From positions 124,001 to 188,000 of the forward strand of contig QPMI01000437.1 in the NCBI GenBank assembly GCA_004431415.1: a stretch of DNA of 64,000 nt. Reading direction: 5' to 3'. The notes under the pieces were generated by a model. That model did not search any database and had not been told where the DNA came from. It was given only the letters and a program-made list of their open reading frames with translations. Position numbers and translations under genes: made by a program. Source of the DNA: Cyanophora paradoxa CCMP329 (taxonomy: Eukaryota > Plantae > Glaucophyta). Shown here one piece after another: positions 52,596 through 64,000 of the stretch; the first letter of the stretch is position 1, and each line of letters opens with the position of its first letter.

Positions 52596-53100
52596 CTTTG
52601 CGGCTGCCTGCACGCTCCTGCTATGCTGCGAGGCTACACGCTCCTACGCATCGTCCTCTTGTCCGAAATACCACGTTTCTGTACCCGACTGGAGAGGGGG
52701 GGGCAAATCGCCGAATCACTCGACGAATTTGATCCCAATTCGAAACTGCAGCTGGATTCTTCCGGCCGGCAGAACGCTCGCCGGCTCATGCAGCGGCTAT
52801 GCCGCGTTGATGTTCTACAGGCAACGCAGCCAACCCATGTGAATGCAGAATGCAGCTATCAGATTGGACTGCGTCAAAGAACAAGAAGGAAGGGCGTGAG
52901 TGAGAAGCAGGGCGGGATGGAAAGCCGAAATGTTGGCCGCGAAAGGGGAGATCTTGATGAAGGCTAGTCGGAGGCTGGAGCCGCGAAGCTCGGAGGAGCA
53001 GCAGAGGAATGGAGGAGGGAGCAATGCAGTAGGATTCGGTGCAGGGCAAGGGATGAAGAACCAAGAGAAGGAAGAGGAAATACTCAAGCAAGAACGAGAC

Positions 53101-54793
53101 CTAACCGCTCTTCGCGCGAAGAATCTGCGCAGATGCGCGAATAAGTGATCGGCAGAACGCGCTGCCGGGCTGCAGTCGGTGAGCACCTCGTCTTTCGTGG
53201 GCCCTTGGTAGCCACTCTTCCGCAACCACTTGCGCCAGGTCATAAGCTGCGGGTAGATCATGCGGGACGCAACGATGTCCCGCTGGACTGGGAACTCCTG
53301 CGAGAAGGGGACGGGTCGGTGGCGGGCGAAGGGAGAGAGGCGCCCTTTCGGACCTCAAAGAAGCGGAATATGTCTGCCTTCTCCGAGGCCCCCGGGATGC
53401 CAGAGGTCCGCAGCGATTCGTAAGTGATCTCCTCGTACCGGGCCGCCTTGCCAGTCACTGAGAGCCACGCGCTCAAGATCGTGGAAGAAGCAAGGAGGAA
53501 AACCAACCAAAAAAAACAAACGAACCATTCATGAACACGCGAACGAGCTGGGGGCCGCTGAGGAAGTCGCCGGCAACACCGATGGCTTTTCCTACGTTGC
53601 GGTCGGCCGCCAGGGTTACGCGACTTCGCGCGACGCTAACGCAGCTCGGAACCACGAACCAACGTATTCGTCGGGCCGCTCGAAGACCTTGGCAACGATA
53701 CCGCCGAGGTCGTCCACAGAGAACATGTAAAAAGGACGCTGCCCCATCTGCAGTCTGCGGTCAGCGGGGCCGAGGGGCGGTTCCGCTTCGAGCGCGCGGC
53801 GCACCGGGAGAGAGATGACGTACACGCCGTCCGCCGTGATGCGCCAGTGCCAGGGGTCGAGCACGTTCTCGTAGTAGAAGCTAGGGTTGATGATCGTGAC
53901 CGAGAGCCCTTGCGTGATGGCGTAGCGCTCTACTATCGCTCTTGCCTCCGGGTTCGCGTTGCTGGCCTGGCTCACGGATCCCTCTGTTGCGTCGTCCAAG
54001 GTGCTGCGGAACTGTCAGCGGAGGTCCTGGAAAGAGCGCTCGCAACCGCAGAGCGAGCGAACCTATAGACGAAGTGCTTGACACCTAACGATTTGGCCAC
54101 AGCGACGAGCCGCTTGCCCTGCTCGATGCCCTGCTCCCAGGACACACCATCGCCGTAGAGCTGCGCACTGAAGACACCGTAGGCGTCGCGCATCGCGACG
54201 GAGAGCGACTCCTGGTTCTCCAGATCTCCGAACACCACCTCCGCACCGCAGTCCCGCAAGAAGTGCGCCTTGGGCGAGTTCGGGTTCCGAGACATGGCAC
54301 GTACCTGCACTCGGCTTCAGCGGATGCGGGAAAAGGCGCGGGCGCCGAGATACCCTGAAGGTTCCGCGGGCAAGCAGATGCTGGCACACAGAGCCGCCCT
54401 GCCGGCCGGTGGCCCCAGCAACAAGGACGAGCGGGAGCTTCCTCGCGAGCTGGTCCGGCGGCTCGCTGTTCGTCGCCGAATCACCTGGTCGCACATAGTT
54501 CAGAAAGAAGCACGAAAGCAGGAAACGAGCAACGCACCCGTCTGGGCGCTGGCGCTCCCGGTATCGAAGTCGGGTCGGCCGGGCATGCAGCTGAGCAGGC
54601 AGCGCAAGGAGTTGTCGACCGGCGACATCTGCTGCGCCGCGCGGTCGACTTCCTGCGGGCTCATCCCTATGATGCCGCCCATGGTGCTGTTCAGATCTAC
54701 GCCTCGCTGCTGCTGTGCTGGTGGTTGCGGAGGCGGCTGCCCGCCGCCGCCTAGCAGGGCCGCGAGCGGCAGGCACTCGTCTCCGCGAGCCAT
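53101..54793 (-). CDS. NmrA/HSCARG-like atypical SDR protein
   Basis: VLVAGATGRQGGSV..VRAMSRNPNSPKA..GAEVVFGDL..AYGVFS..EQGKRLVAVAKSLGVKHFVYSS..PSFYYEN..VDDLG; ends ILRAKSG-stop. The start may instead be the ATG at 54682. Confidence 0.9.
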
Positions 54794-54883
54794 CCCGCTG
54801 GTACCTCTCTGGCCCCTCAAGACCGGTACCCCTTCAGCAAGCTCAGCTGCAGGCAAGCCGGCGTGTGTGGAAGAAGGTTGAAG

Positions 54884-57297
54884 ATGCCAGCGTTTGTGCC
54901 CGCGTCGCCTTTTGCAGTCCGGTCGAGCAGCCTCAAGGGCCTGGGCCTGCTGCGGCGCACGCCGTTCACGGTGCTCGTGCTGCCGAGCACGCGGCGGCAA
55001 GCGGCGCGGCAGCAGCAGCGCACGTTCGTATCAGCATCCTCGGATGCAAGTTCGTCGTCGAGTGAGGCGGCGCGCGCCGAGAACGCCGGCAAAAAGATCG
55101 TCGTGCTTGGCGGCGGCTTCGGCGGCCTGTACACGGCTCTGCGGCTCAGCCAGTACCCTTTTGCGACGCGCGCCAAGCCTGACATCACGCTGGTGCGCTG
55201 CCGCGGCCCTGCACGCGACCACAGTGCTTGGCACGCTCTGCCGACGCATGCGCGCTCCAGGTGGATCAGAATGACCGCTTCATCTTCCTCCCCTTCCTCT
55301 ATGAGCTCATCACCGGCGAGGTCGAGGCGTGGGAGGTGCGCGGGCGCCCCGGCGACCGCTGCAAATGCCGACGCCGCCCGCGGCCGCAGGTGGCGCCCCG
55401 TTTCGAGGCGCTGCTGGGTTCCTCGCGCAGCGACAGGCCACGCTTCGTGCAAGGCCGAGTGGAGTCGATCGACGTCGCTGCGAGGAGAGTGCGCCTAGCG
55501 AACAGCGAGCTGGAGTACGACAGGCTTGTCGTGGCACTGGGTTCGAATTCGTGCTTCACGGCCGCCTGCCCCCTCCCGGTCGGCGCGAATCCTTCCCGCA
55601 GGCTCCGTGGGCAAGGCGGAGTCCATTCTGGGGGCCAGCAACGCGCTTACATTCAAGTCGCTGGCCGAGTGAGAGCCGGGCGCCCTGCGCCGCGCGCACG
55701 CGCACAACCTCTAATTTGATCCTCCACCAGCGCGGAGCTGCTCATGGGCCGGCTACGCGATATCGAGGCATCGCCTGAGCGGGGCGCGGTCGTCGTCATC
55801 GGCGGGGGATACAGCGGCGCCGAGCTCGCCTGCAAGATCGCCGACAGGCTCAAGGCGAGCGCGCCCGGCGCCCTTCTGAGCCCCGATCCCTTTCTGACGG
55901 CGCGCCGCGCAGGGCAAGGTGGGCGGGGGCGAGCGCGCGCGCCGGCACGGGCGGCGAGTCCGCGGGCGCCGCGCTGAGGAGGGCGCAGGCGGAGGTGCTC
56001 CTGGTGGAGCGGGGCGGCTCGGTGATGAAGCAGTCGACGGACTACGTGCGGGAGAAGGCCCTACAGGCGCGCTCAGATCTGATCTGATCTGATCTGATCT
56101 AAACCATCAACCTGTGGCGATGCCTAACGATCCGAGCTTGCGTGCAGGCGCTCTCGAAGCGGGGCGTGCGGGTGCTCACGAACGTCTCCGTCAACAGCAT
56201 CGATCTCGACTCGGTCTCGATCACCTCGAACACCGGCGACCGGGAGACAATCCGCTCCTCCTGCGTCGTCCTCACCGCCGGCACCCAGGTTCGTGTTTCT
56301 ACCCTCTGAGATCTGTGTCGCATGCGCCCTCCCCCTCCCTCCCTCTCTTTCTGTCCTTCCGCCCCGCCCCCTCCCCCTCGAGCTGGGCGCGCAGGTCTCG
56401 CCTGTGGTGCAGGGGCTGCCCTTCCCCAAGAACGAGCGGGGGCAGCTCGTTGCCTCCGACACCCTCCAGGTCCCCAGATTTAATTTAATCTAATGTGTGC
56501 TTAGCCCTGCTAGATGGCATAGCTAAGCCCGCTGGGCTTTCAGGAACCCCCCCCCCTCTTATCTAAGCCTAGCTCTGCGCACGCCAGCCAGCTGACCGGG
56601 CCCTGCTGTTCTCCCTCCCTCAGGTCTCCCCCGGCTCTAAGCCCGCCGGGCTTCTTCTAAGATCTAATCTCTTGTTATTGTCTCTAATCTCTCCCTCAGG
56701 TCTGCCCCGAGATCTTCGCCCTCGGCGACTGCGCGACGGTCGACGGCCGGGAGCTCCCCGCCACCGCCCAGGCCCGCCCCTCCCTCCCTCCCTCCCTTAC
56801 ATGGTCTAGTTTACTACAAGGCTAACTTCGACTTCCTCTCTTTCTTCTTCGTCTTCTTTCAGGCCGCGATCCAGGCGGCCGACTACTGCGCGTGGAACGT
56901 GTGGGCCTCCTGCACCGGCCGCCAGTACCTTCCCTTCCGCTTCCAGAACCTAGGCGAGATGTGCGCTTCCAAAACCTGGGTTCGATTCCGGTGCCGCTCA
57001 CTTCTCGGCCTCGCGTGCAGGGTCGGCCTCGGCGTCAACGACGCCACATTCTCCTCCCCCCTCCTCCCCTTCGGCATCCCCGGGTACGCGTCTTCAAGAG
57101 GGCTACCCAATTGCAATCCTCACCGTAACCCGGGCAGGCTCTCGGGCCCGGCGGCGTCGATCCTGCGGCGGCTCGTCTACCTGTACCGGCTGCCGAGCCC
57201 CGTGCACCAGCTGGACGTGGCCCGCAGCTGGCTCGCCAAGGGCGCCGGCGTCGCCGCCGAGACCCTCGCCGCCCTCCGCAAGGAGCGCAAGCCGTGA
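54884..57297 (+). CDS. NDC1: Plastid type II NAD(P)H dehydrogenase, NDC1/NdbB class (demethylphylloquinone reductase)
   Basis: Transit peptide MPAFVP; IVVLGGGFGGLYTALRL; FIFLPFLYEL..WEVAPRF; VIGGGYSGAELA; IFALGD; PATAQAAIQAADYCAWNVWA..LPFRFQNLGEM. Confidence 0.9.
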
Positions 57298-58041
57298 CGC
57301 CGCTGGCTCCTGTCATCGTCGTTCACGGTTGTTGTTAGATCAGCTTCTGTATTTCCAGATCTAGACGTTTTCGGCGACTGCGCCGGCGCCAAAGGTACCC
57401 CGGTTAGCGGGCGCGCCCGGCCGGTGCGGCGCGGCGGCACTTTTACTGGCCGGGGCCCGGGCCCCGGGGGACCCGACCGGTACCGGGAGGCCTAGGCGGT
57501 GGGCGCGCGCTCTCTCATACCGTGATACAATTAATTATAACGCTAGCTATAGCCATGCAGGCATGGCGCCGGCCTGGGACCGGCTGCGCATGCGCGCCGG
57601 CGCGGCCGGCCGCGAGCTCGCAACCTGCGCATGCCAGGCCCTGAGGCTGCTCACGTGCCGGCACGCGCCGCGGCGCAACTCAGTGACTATTACTGTCGCA
57701 TACGCGCATGCGTGCGCATGCGCGTATGCGCAGACGCGCGCGTACTGCGGTATCGTACGCGTATACGTACGCATGCGCAACGTTAACGTTAATTATACCC
57801 GCGCAATGAGCTCGAGCTCGGGCACACGTGAGCATACGTGCAGGTGCGAGTTCGAACGTTAACAGGGCGCTTCGAATTCGAATTCATCCGATCATGCCAT
57901 GATGCCATGATGCACGTGCGCTGCCAATGTCGTCCTCAAAATCAACGTACCCCCTTCGACATCCGACTTTTCCGCATCGAACGAGTGCGCACATCGGCCG
58001 CTCCTGTCTCACGCTGCCCGGTAGCTTTAGCAATCGGGGTG

Positions 58042-59055
58042 ATGGGTTCCTGCGTATCGACCAAGTCACCACCACCGGCAACTTCGCCTATGCCCGCGGC
58101 AGCGCGGCCGGCGGAGCACAGCCTCAATGCTGAGCACACCGGCGATGGAATCAGGGTCCAGGTCCAACCGCCATCCAGCGAAACCAGACACTACGCGCCA
58201 TCAATCGAACCCCTAAAGCCGACCGCGGCCGCGCCGGCGCACACGGCCGCGCCGGCGCCCGTCGATCCCGTTAAGGTGTTCGATCTCCCGCTAGGCGCCT
58301 CTAAACAAGCAAGCGGCGCGACGGTCCTCAATGATGGTGGTAAGCTCGATGAGGGCAAGGGTGCGCCGCGCAAGCTCTTTGCTGTCGAGCCATCGCGCGC
58401 TTGGCTCATAGCTTTGGCCGCGCTCAGAGCCGGAGTCGAATCGCCGCTGCCTTCACCCGGCTTCCGACGTCATTCGCGCCTCGTCGTCCTCCACCCTCAC
58501 TTCCAATGCCGAAACGGAGGGTCCGCGCTCCCCTCCGCGCGCCCGCCTGGCTCAGCGGAGCCGCGGAGGCCGCTCACCCCCGCGTGCGCGCGCGCAGCTG
58601 TGCTCGAGGAGCAGGCGCCGCTCGCGCCGCCCCGACTCTTCCTGGGCGAGTCGATGGTGGACGCAGCCTCGCGCGCCACATTCATGGCGCTCGTCTATAC
58701 CCGCTCCCTCCTCTACTCGCTCTCCGGCGTGGAGGGCGGGCCGCCGCCCCCGCAGTACGCGTGCCACCTGTGCGGCCACGCGGTCCGATGGCTCTCGTCC
58801 GCCGCCGGCGCGGCCGCCGAGGTGAGCGACTCGGACCGGAGCGAGACCGTGAAGCGGTTCCTCTCCCAGCTCTCCGAGGCGAGATCGGCCCTTTCCACCG
58901 TCTCCGCCTCCTGCGCGCTGCCGGGCGCGGGCGCCCCGGGGGACGACCCGGCGTGGTGCCAGCCCCACGCCCGCGCCGTCGAGGCGGCCACCTCGGCCCT
59001 CCGCGCCGCATCCGCCACCGCCGCCCTCCTCTCCTCCGCCTCTTTCTCTGCGTAG
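58042..59055 (+). CDS. Unknown protein with a predicted N-terminal myristoylation/palmitoylation motif
   Basis: MGSCVSTK start, GC3-rich coding style and plausible short introns. No recognisable domain. Confidence 0.55.
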   Translation: MGSCVSTKSPPPATSPMPAAARPAEHSLNAEHTGDGIRVQVQPPSSETRHYAPSIEPLKPTAAAPAHTAAPAPVDPVKVFDLPLGASKQASGATVLNDGGKLDEGKGAPRKLFAVEPSRAWLIALAALRAGVESPLPSPGFRRHSRLVVLHPHFQCRNGGSALPSARPPGSAEPRRPLTPACARAAVLEEQAPLAPPRLFLGESMVDAASRATFMALVYTRSLLYSLSGVEGGPPPPQYACHLCGHAVRWLSSAAGAAAEVSDSDRSETVKRFLSQLSEARSALSTVSASCALPGAGAPGDDPAWCQPHARAVEAATSALRAASATAALLSSASFSA

Positions 59056-59359
59056 CTTCTAATTTACTCACTTCGTCGTCCGCCGCATCTCACTTAGGAG
59101 TAGTCACTGAGTGCAACTCTCATTTCAATTTTGCAATGCATTTCGATGTTTGAGCTAGACCCGGACCTAGGCCCGGCCGAGGATCGTCTTCTTTTTTCGG
59201 CTCGTTAATTTCTGAAACCTTACCTTTCTTTGGCTCATTTCTTATCGATAAATATTTCATGCGTGTACTTTTTGAGACTCTTGAGATGTAGCTATACTAT
59301 GATATAGATGAGATGTAGCTATACTAGTAGCGCGCTGGGAGGACGCCCGGGGGGCAGCG

Positions 59360-60952
59360 GTGGCGCGAAGCCACCGCCCGGCATCGCAATTGGAGTCGAC
59401 ATCGAGCCAGCTAGCCAGCCCTGCGGCCTTCCGGGCTGTGGCGGGTCTAGGCGCCAATACGGCGGCAAGTGCCTCCACTGTGCCCAGCATTTCTGCACGA
59501 GAGAAGCGCTGTACAGTCATGTTCCAGGATGTCGCGCCCCCGCACCTTCAGCCAGCGTCGGGCGACCTGTAGGAACCCGCAGCTAGACCAGTGGCGCCCA
59601 CGCGTTTAGCGCGTTCGCGTTCAGCAGAAGAGCAAAGCCACCGGCAGCAAAGACGTGTGGGGCTGTGATCTCTGCGCTGCCCACTTCGTGCGCTTCGGCC
59701 CGGCGATCGCGAAGGTGGTGGCACACCACGCAACTGCATCCTGTGCAAAGAACCGCTCACGTGGCACGCGGTCATTATGCTTTCGAAGCCTTCGAAACTT
59801 ACCACGTGTATACGCTGTCGCAGATGAGCCGGAGCCGCAGAGCATCGCTGCGCGCGCGGAAGCCGCGACCGCCGCCTCGGCGCCTGTACACGTCGGTCCG
59901 CGAGGCGCACCAAGTGCTCGACTTGCGATGCGAGCTCACAGCGCTCAATCGCAGAGCACGGGCAGCCGGCTGCTGCGGGATCGAGTCCGCCTGCTGGCAG
60001 TCACAACCTCGCCTCACGGCGCGGCTGCAATCGCTGCACTGACAAGCAGCTGCAAGCGGCGGCCGGTGCGAATGTCTGGGACTGCGGCGTCCGTGCGCGC
60101 TCCCTTGCAGGGGGAGGATGGGTTCGACGACTCCCTCTACACCTTCTGCAACGCCCTCGGGGCGGCGCTCTTCGCCCACATCGGCATCCTTCAGCGCTAC
60201 CTGACAACTTCATCCCCCAGCAGTACACTCGGACGTACGTGATCACGGATGTGGACAAGAAGACCCAGGCGCTTGACGCCCTCTACGCCGCATTCCGGTG
60301 GGCACTTTCTACCCCTCTCCCGCTTCTGTTTGCTTTCGTGTGCCCACCGCCGTCCCTGCAGGAACGGCACGGCCACTCTGCAGTCCGGCCCCAAGTCCTG
60401 CCTGGTGATGCCAGCCCCGCCTGCCCCGATTGCGGCCCCGCCTGCGCCGCAGCTGCCCGAGGACGACGACCAGTGCGTCCCTCCTTCTTGCTCCCGGATG
60501 CTCCATCGCTCCTCAATCCCAGCCCGCAGGGAGACGCCGAAACGCCGCTCGGGTGGCCGCCAGGCCGTCGTGGTCTCCTCGGACGAGTCCGACAACGCCT
60601 CCGCCGCCGAGTCTGCCCCCCCCCCCCCCCCCCCCCCCCACCCCACCCACCCCCTCTCCTCACCCGCTCTGCCCTCAGGGACGACCCCATCGAAGTCTCC
60701 TCGGACGAGGAGGGGGCAGCGCCCGAGCTCGATGCCGCCGAGGCGCCCGTCGTGAAGAAGGCAACCGCCCCGAAGAAGGCCACGGGCATGAAGGGCCTCC
60801 TGGCCCTCGCCAGGGCCCGCCTCCCCGGAACCAAGGCCATGCGCCTGCTGGGCGCCGGCGTCTCCAAGGGCAAGAAGACCAAGAAGACGGCGGCCCCCAA
60901 GGCTGCCAAGTCCAAGACCACCAAGGGCGGGAAGAAGACCAAGGCCGTGTAG
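59360..60952 (+). CDS. Unknown multi-exon protein: Cys/His zinc-finger-like motif, acidic SIM-like motifs, Lys/Ala-rich tail
   Basis: CLHCAQHFCTREALYSHVPGC (~59470-59532); VVVSSDESD; PIEVSSDEE; C-terminal KKTKKTAAPKAAKSKTTKGGKKTKAV-stop. 5' end not resolved. Confidence 0.45.
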
Positions 60953-61311
60953 TGACTAGGCAGTACCGCCCGGGGCTGCAGCCCCGCCGCCCCTTCTGTG
61001 CGAGTCTTGTGCGCACTGCCAATGCCAAGAGCTCTTGGTGCTTCCTCCTACGTGCCGCAGAACCGCAGACCCATGAACATGATCAATTTCCCTTCACCGG
61101 ACCCAACTGACGCGCGCGGCAAGTTAGTGGCTCTTTATAGATTTACGAGTTACAAATTGCTGTAATAAGTGCTTCGAGGCCCCGATTGCGAGGCCTCTAA
61201 TTATATAAGCAGCCTGGCTTTGCGAAATTGCCACGAATTGCCACGAAATTGCTTTGCGAAAATCGAATCGAAGCGCGTGCGCGAACGTTAACGTTCACTA
61301 CTGGACGGGGC

Positions 61312-61344
<33 letters not shown>

Positions 61345-61480
61345 CTAGCGCTGGCCTGGATCCGGAACTGGGCGCGGGGCCAGAGCTCGAGGGGCCCCGG
61401 GCGGGCGGGGGGGCCGCGGGCCCTAGTAGGGGGGACCGTCTGCCGCGGTAGAATTTAGCCTAATAGGCGAGGGAATCATA

Positions 61481-61629
61481 GGTCCCTCGCGGGTGTGGCG
61501 GAGGCGCGAGCACTAGGCGTCCCCCGTTCGCGGGGGCGCAGAAATGCGCGCACCTCGCGGGCGCTGTCGGAACTGACGTACGACCGTCGGACAGTGCCCG
61601 CGAGGTGCGCGCATTTCTGCTGCGGGACC
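61481..61629. mobile_element. Small TA-flanked dispersed element with internal hairpins
   Basis: TA|ggtccc...gggacc|TA; 31-bp stem (61538-61568 / 61590-61620, one G:T pair); cccccg-ttcg-cggggg hairpin; related copy at ~2406-2456. Confidence 0.7.
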
Positions 61630-62078
61630 TAATTAATAATATAAATTCTCTCGCCTAACTTCTGCCGCAAGCCCTCGCCGTCTGCCGCCGCCTGCGCGAT
61701 CGCTAGGCCCGCCGGTCGGGCTGTGCACGTGCGCCCGGCCTCGAGACCCCGGCCCGCCACCCTCGAGAGCTCGCCGCGCCCCGCTCTCCGCGCGCTCGGG
61801 AGCCTGCAGCCGGCGCCGGCAGCCCCGCCCCGGCCCCCGGGCCCCGCCCCCTCGCCCCCCTGCCTCGCCCCCTCGCCCTCGCCCCCGCCCCCGCGCGCCC
61901 CCGCCCGGGCCCCGCCCACACTTCCTGTCGACGCCCTCTTGGGCCTCCCCCGGCCCGCCCGGCGCCGCGCCCTTTTAATGTTAATGACGCAGTATTAAAG
62001 GCTCGCACACAAATATAGAGTCAAGACTTCATGAGACTCTGAGATAGTGATCGCGATCGAAATCGCGAGCACCTGACG

Positions 62079-63439
62079 CTAACTGTGGGACATCATCACG
62101 AACATGAGGCCTAGGTTCAGGACAATCAGGTTTCTGTGGAGTTCATCGAGCTCTTCGCGCTCGCGGGCGAGCGTCCGCGGGCTCTTCTCGCGCGGCGGAT
62201 GCAGGTGCAGCTGGAGCCGCCGCAGGCGCGGAAACCGCTTCGAGACGCTCGAGACGATCTCCGCACCGGCCGAGGCGTCGCTAACGACGGTGGCCCGGAG
62301 GGCGACGAGGGGCAGCGGCGTGAGGGCGGCCAGCGCATCGGGACCGACGAAGAAGGCTCGGGACCCGGGGCGCCCGGCTAGGTCGAGGGAGGTGAGGAGG
62401 GGTAGGGCGGCGAGCGGGGAGAGCTGCTTGTACCCCTGCACGGAGTACATGCCCGGACAGGAGGCGCCCACGCGGAGGGCGCGCAGGGAGCGGAACCATG
62501 CGAGGGGCGCCAGGGACAGGAGGGGGAACAGGTCGCCCTGCAGACCGGTACCGGGCCCCAGCTGGCATCAGGGCAGCTCGCGCGAGGCCATCTAGATCTG
62601 AATCGAGCAGCGCGGAACCGGACGGACCTGGAAAGAGAGTTCGAGGTCGAGCTCCTCGATGCCGCCCACGCGGGCAGCGCCCCTGCAGGCGCGCTCCATC
62701 GCTGCCTTGGCATCCGCGGGCCGGGCCGAGAGCGCGACGGCCAGCCGCGCCCGCGGGGCCGCGTCGCCCGCCGCCAGCAGCGCCGCGAGCCGCCGGCAGA
62801 CTCCGCGCAGGCGGCACAGCCGCCGCAGGTCGACAGGCGGGTCGAGCTCGCGATTGGCCTCCGACGTCGACTCGCGATCGAGCTCTGCGGCCATGGGCGC
62901 CGCGGCCGGCGCCGGCGCCGTGCCCGCGGCGCCGCCGATCGCGACCTCTGCCGCGCACGTGCACGCTATTTGAACGATGCAGAGGAGCAGCGGGTCCGGC
63001 AGGTCGAGCAGCGCCGACGCTTGCTGCGCGCGCGCGCCGGCGTCGGCCGCGGCCGGTCGCGGACTCGGTTTAACGCGCGCGCGCGCGCGCCTAGGCCGGT
63101 GCCTCGGCGCCCGCGACTAGTACTCGGCGGACCTCGATATAGGGAGGAGGTTCGCTGAAGAACGGCAGGCAGTGAAGCAGGCCCGAGAAGCACCGAAACG
63201 TGGGCGCAGCGCTTGCCTGCTCTAGATATCGATCTGAGCCCGCGCGGTTGCAATTGTGATGAGGCGGCGCTTCCGGCGGTTGCGATCGATCCATCGCCGG
63301 CGCCGACTCCGGCGCCTGCGTAGCTATATAAGACGTTTCGCGGCGAGCTAGCCGAGCTGCGCTAGCAGCGGCAATGCGATCGGCCAGCGTCTTATAGCTC
63401 CAGCGTTCGAATCCCGGGAAGGGCAGTTGCAATTGCATC
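62079..63439 (-). CDS. F-box / LRR-like protein
   Basis: LLDLPDPLLLCIVQ (~62970-63010) ... LCRLRGVCRRL, then LAALPLLTSLDL and FPRLRRLQL LRR-like motifs. Ends approximate. Confidence 0.65.
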
Positions 63440-64000
63440 TGGAGGGTGCGGCGCGCGCGGGCTGGGCAGTCTGTCGAGGGCTGGAGCTCGCGATCGAGAG
63501 GGAGCCGGGGCGCAGCGACCTCCGACTCTAGGCTTGAGCTCCGAGGCTCCGAGGCCAATATATTAATTGCAACTTTAAATTTCGCGCAGCGAGTCGAAAT
63601 ACTGCGCTGGCGCGCGCCGCGGCGCCGGCCGCCACGGGCCAGACCAAAAATGCTTAAAGCTTTAATATTAATTTTCATCTCGCGACCGGGACCGGCGCCG
63701 GCTGCTCTAATTATAAAATTCATGCAATCACGCGCGAATCACTTGCATGCAGCTGGAAATTTCAGCTGGACAGCTCGAATTCGAACTTAATTCGAATGCC
63801 ATCCGAAGATCATATCTTGATCAGGACATTGCCGAGTCGAATCATCTCTCACGCCTCGAGCTCGAGCTCGGAGTTCGAGGTCGTTCGATCCAGATCTAGA
63901 ATTACCTAGATCTAGATCTGTAGCTACAATATTCCTATACATCTAGATCTTCAACGCCGCACTGCGGCAGCAAAATAAAAACCAAATCGCACATTCAGAA

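Noticed and set aside
62568-62570. Apparent in-frame TGA (readthrough/Sec) in the F-box/LRR gene
   Set aside because: It falls within a plausible phase-0 intron (FQ|GDLF, ~62539-62627).

Overview
Eukaryotic nuclear DNA: GC-rich and gene-dense, with many short spliceosomal introns (GT-AG and frequent GC-AG), so most entries in the ORF track are not real genes. Two plastid-targeted proteins have Phe-containing N-termini (MATSFV, MPAFVP), and there are flagellar/centriolar genes. Together these point to a flagellated primary-plastid alga, probably a glaucophyte (inference). Genes reconstructed by eye: a hybrid histidine kinase with four tandem GAF-like repeats (minus strand, runs off the left edge), a cytochrome b5-domain protein, a large PCM1-like protein, a PsbP-family lumen protein, a very large Cys-rich membrane protein, an AK9-like multi-adenylate-kinase, an NmrA-like protein, NDC1/NdbB, two unknown genes and an F-box/LRR-like gene. 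Non-coding DNA is saturated with short palindromes and local duplications of splice junctions, and carries several MITE-like elements. The best leads are the PCM1-like gene, a foreign-looking GDD-containing ORF fragment inside a kinase intron (possible RNA-virus relic), the splice-junction 'shadow' copies, and a receptor with a possible two-TM channel-like module. Exon boundaries and start codons are hand-inferred and approximate.
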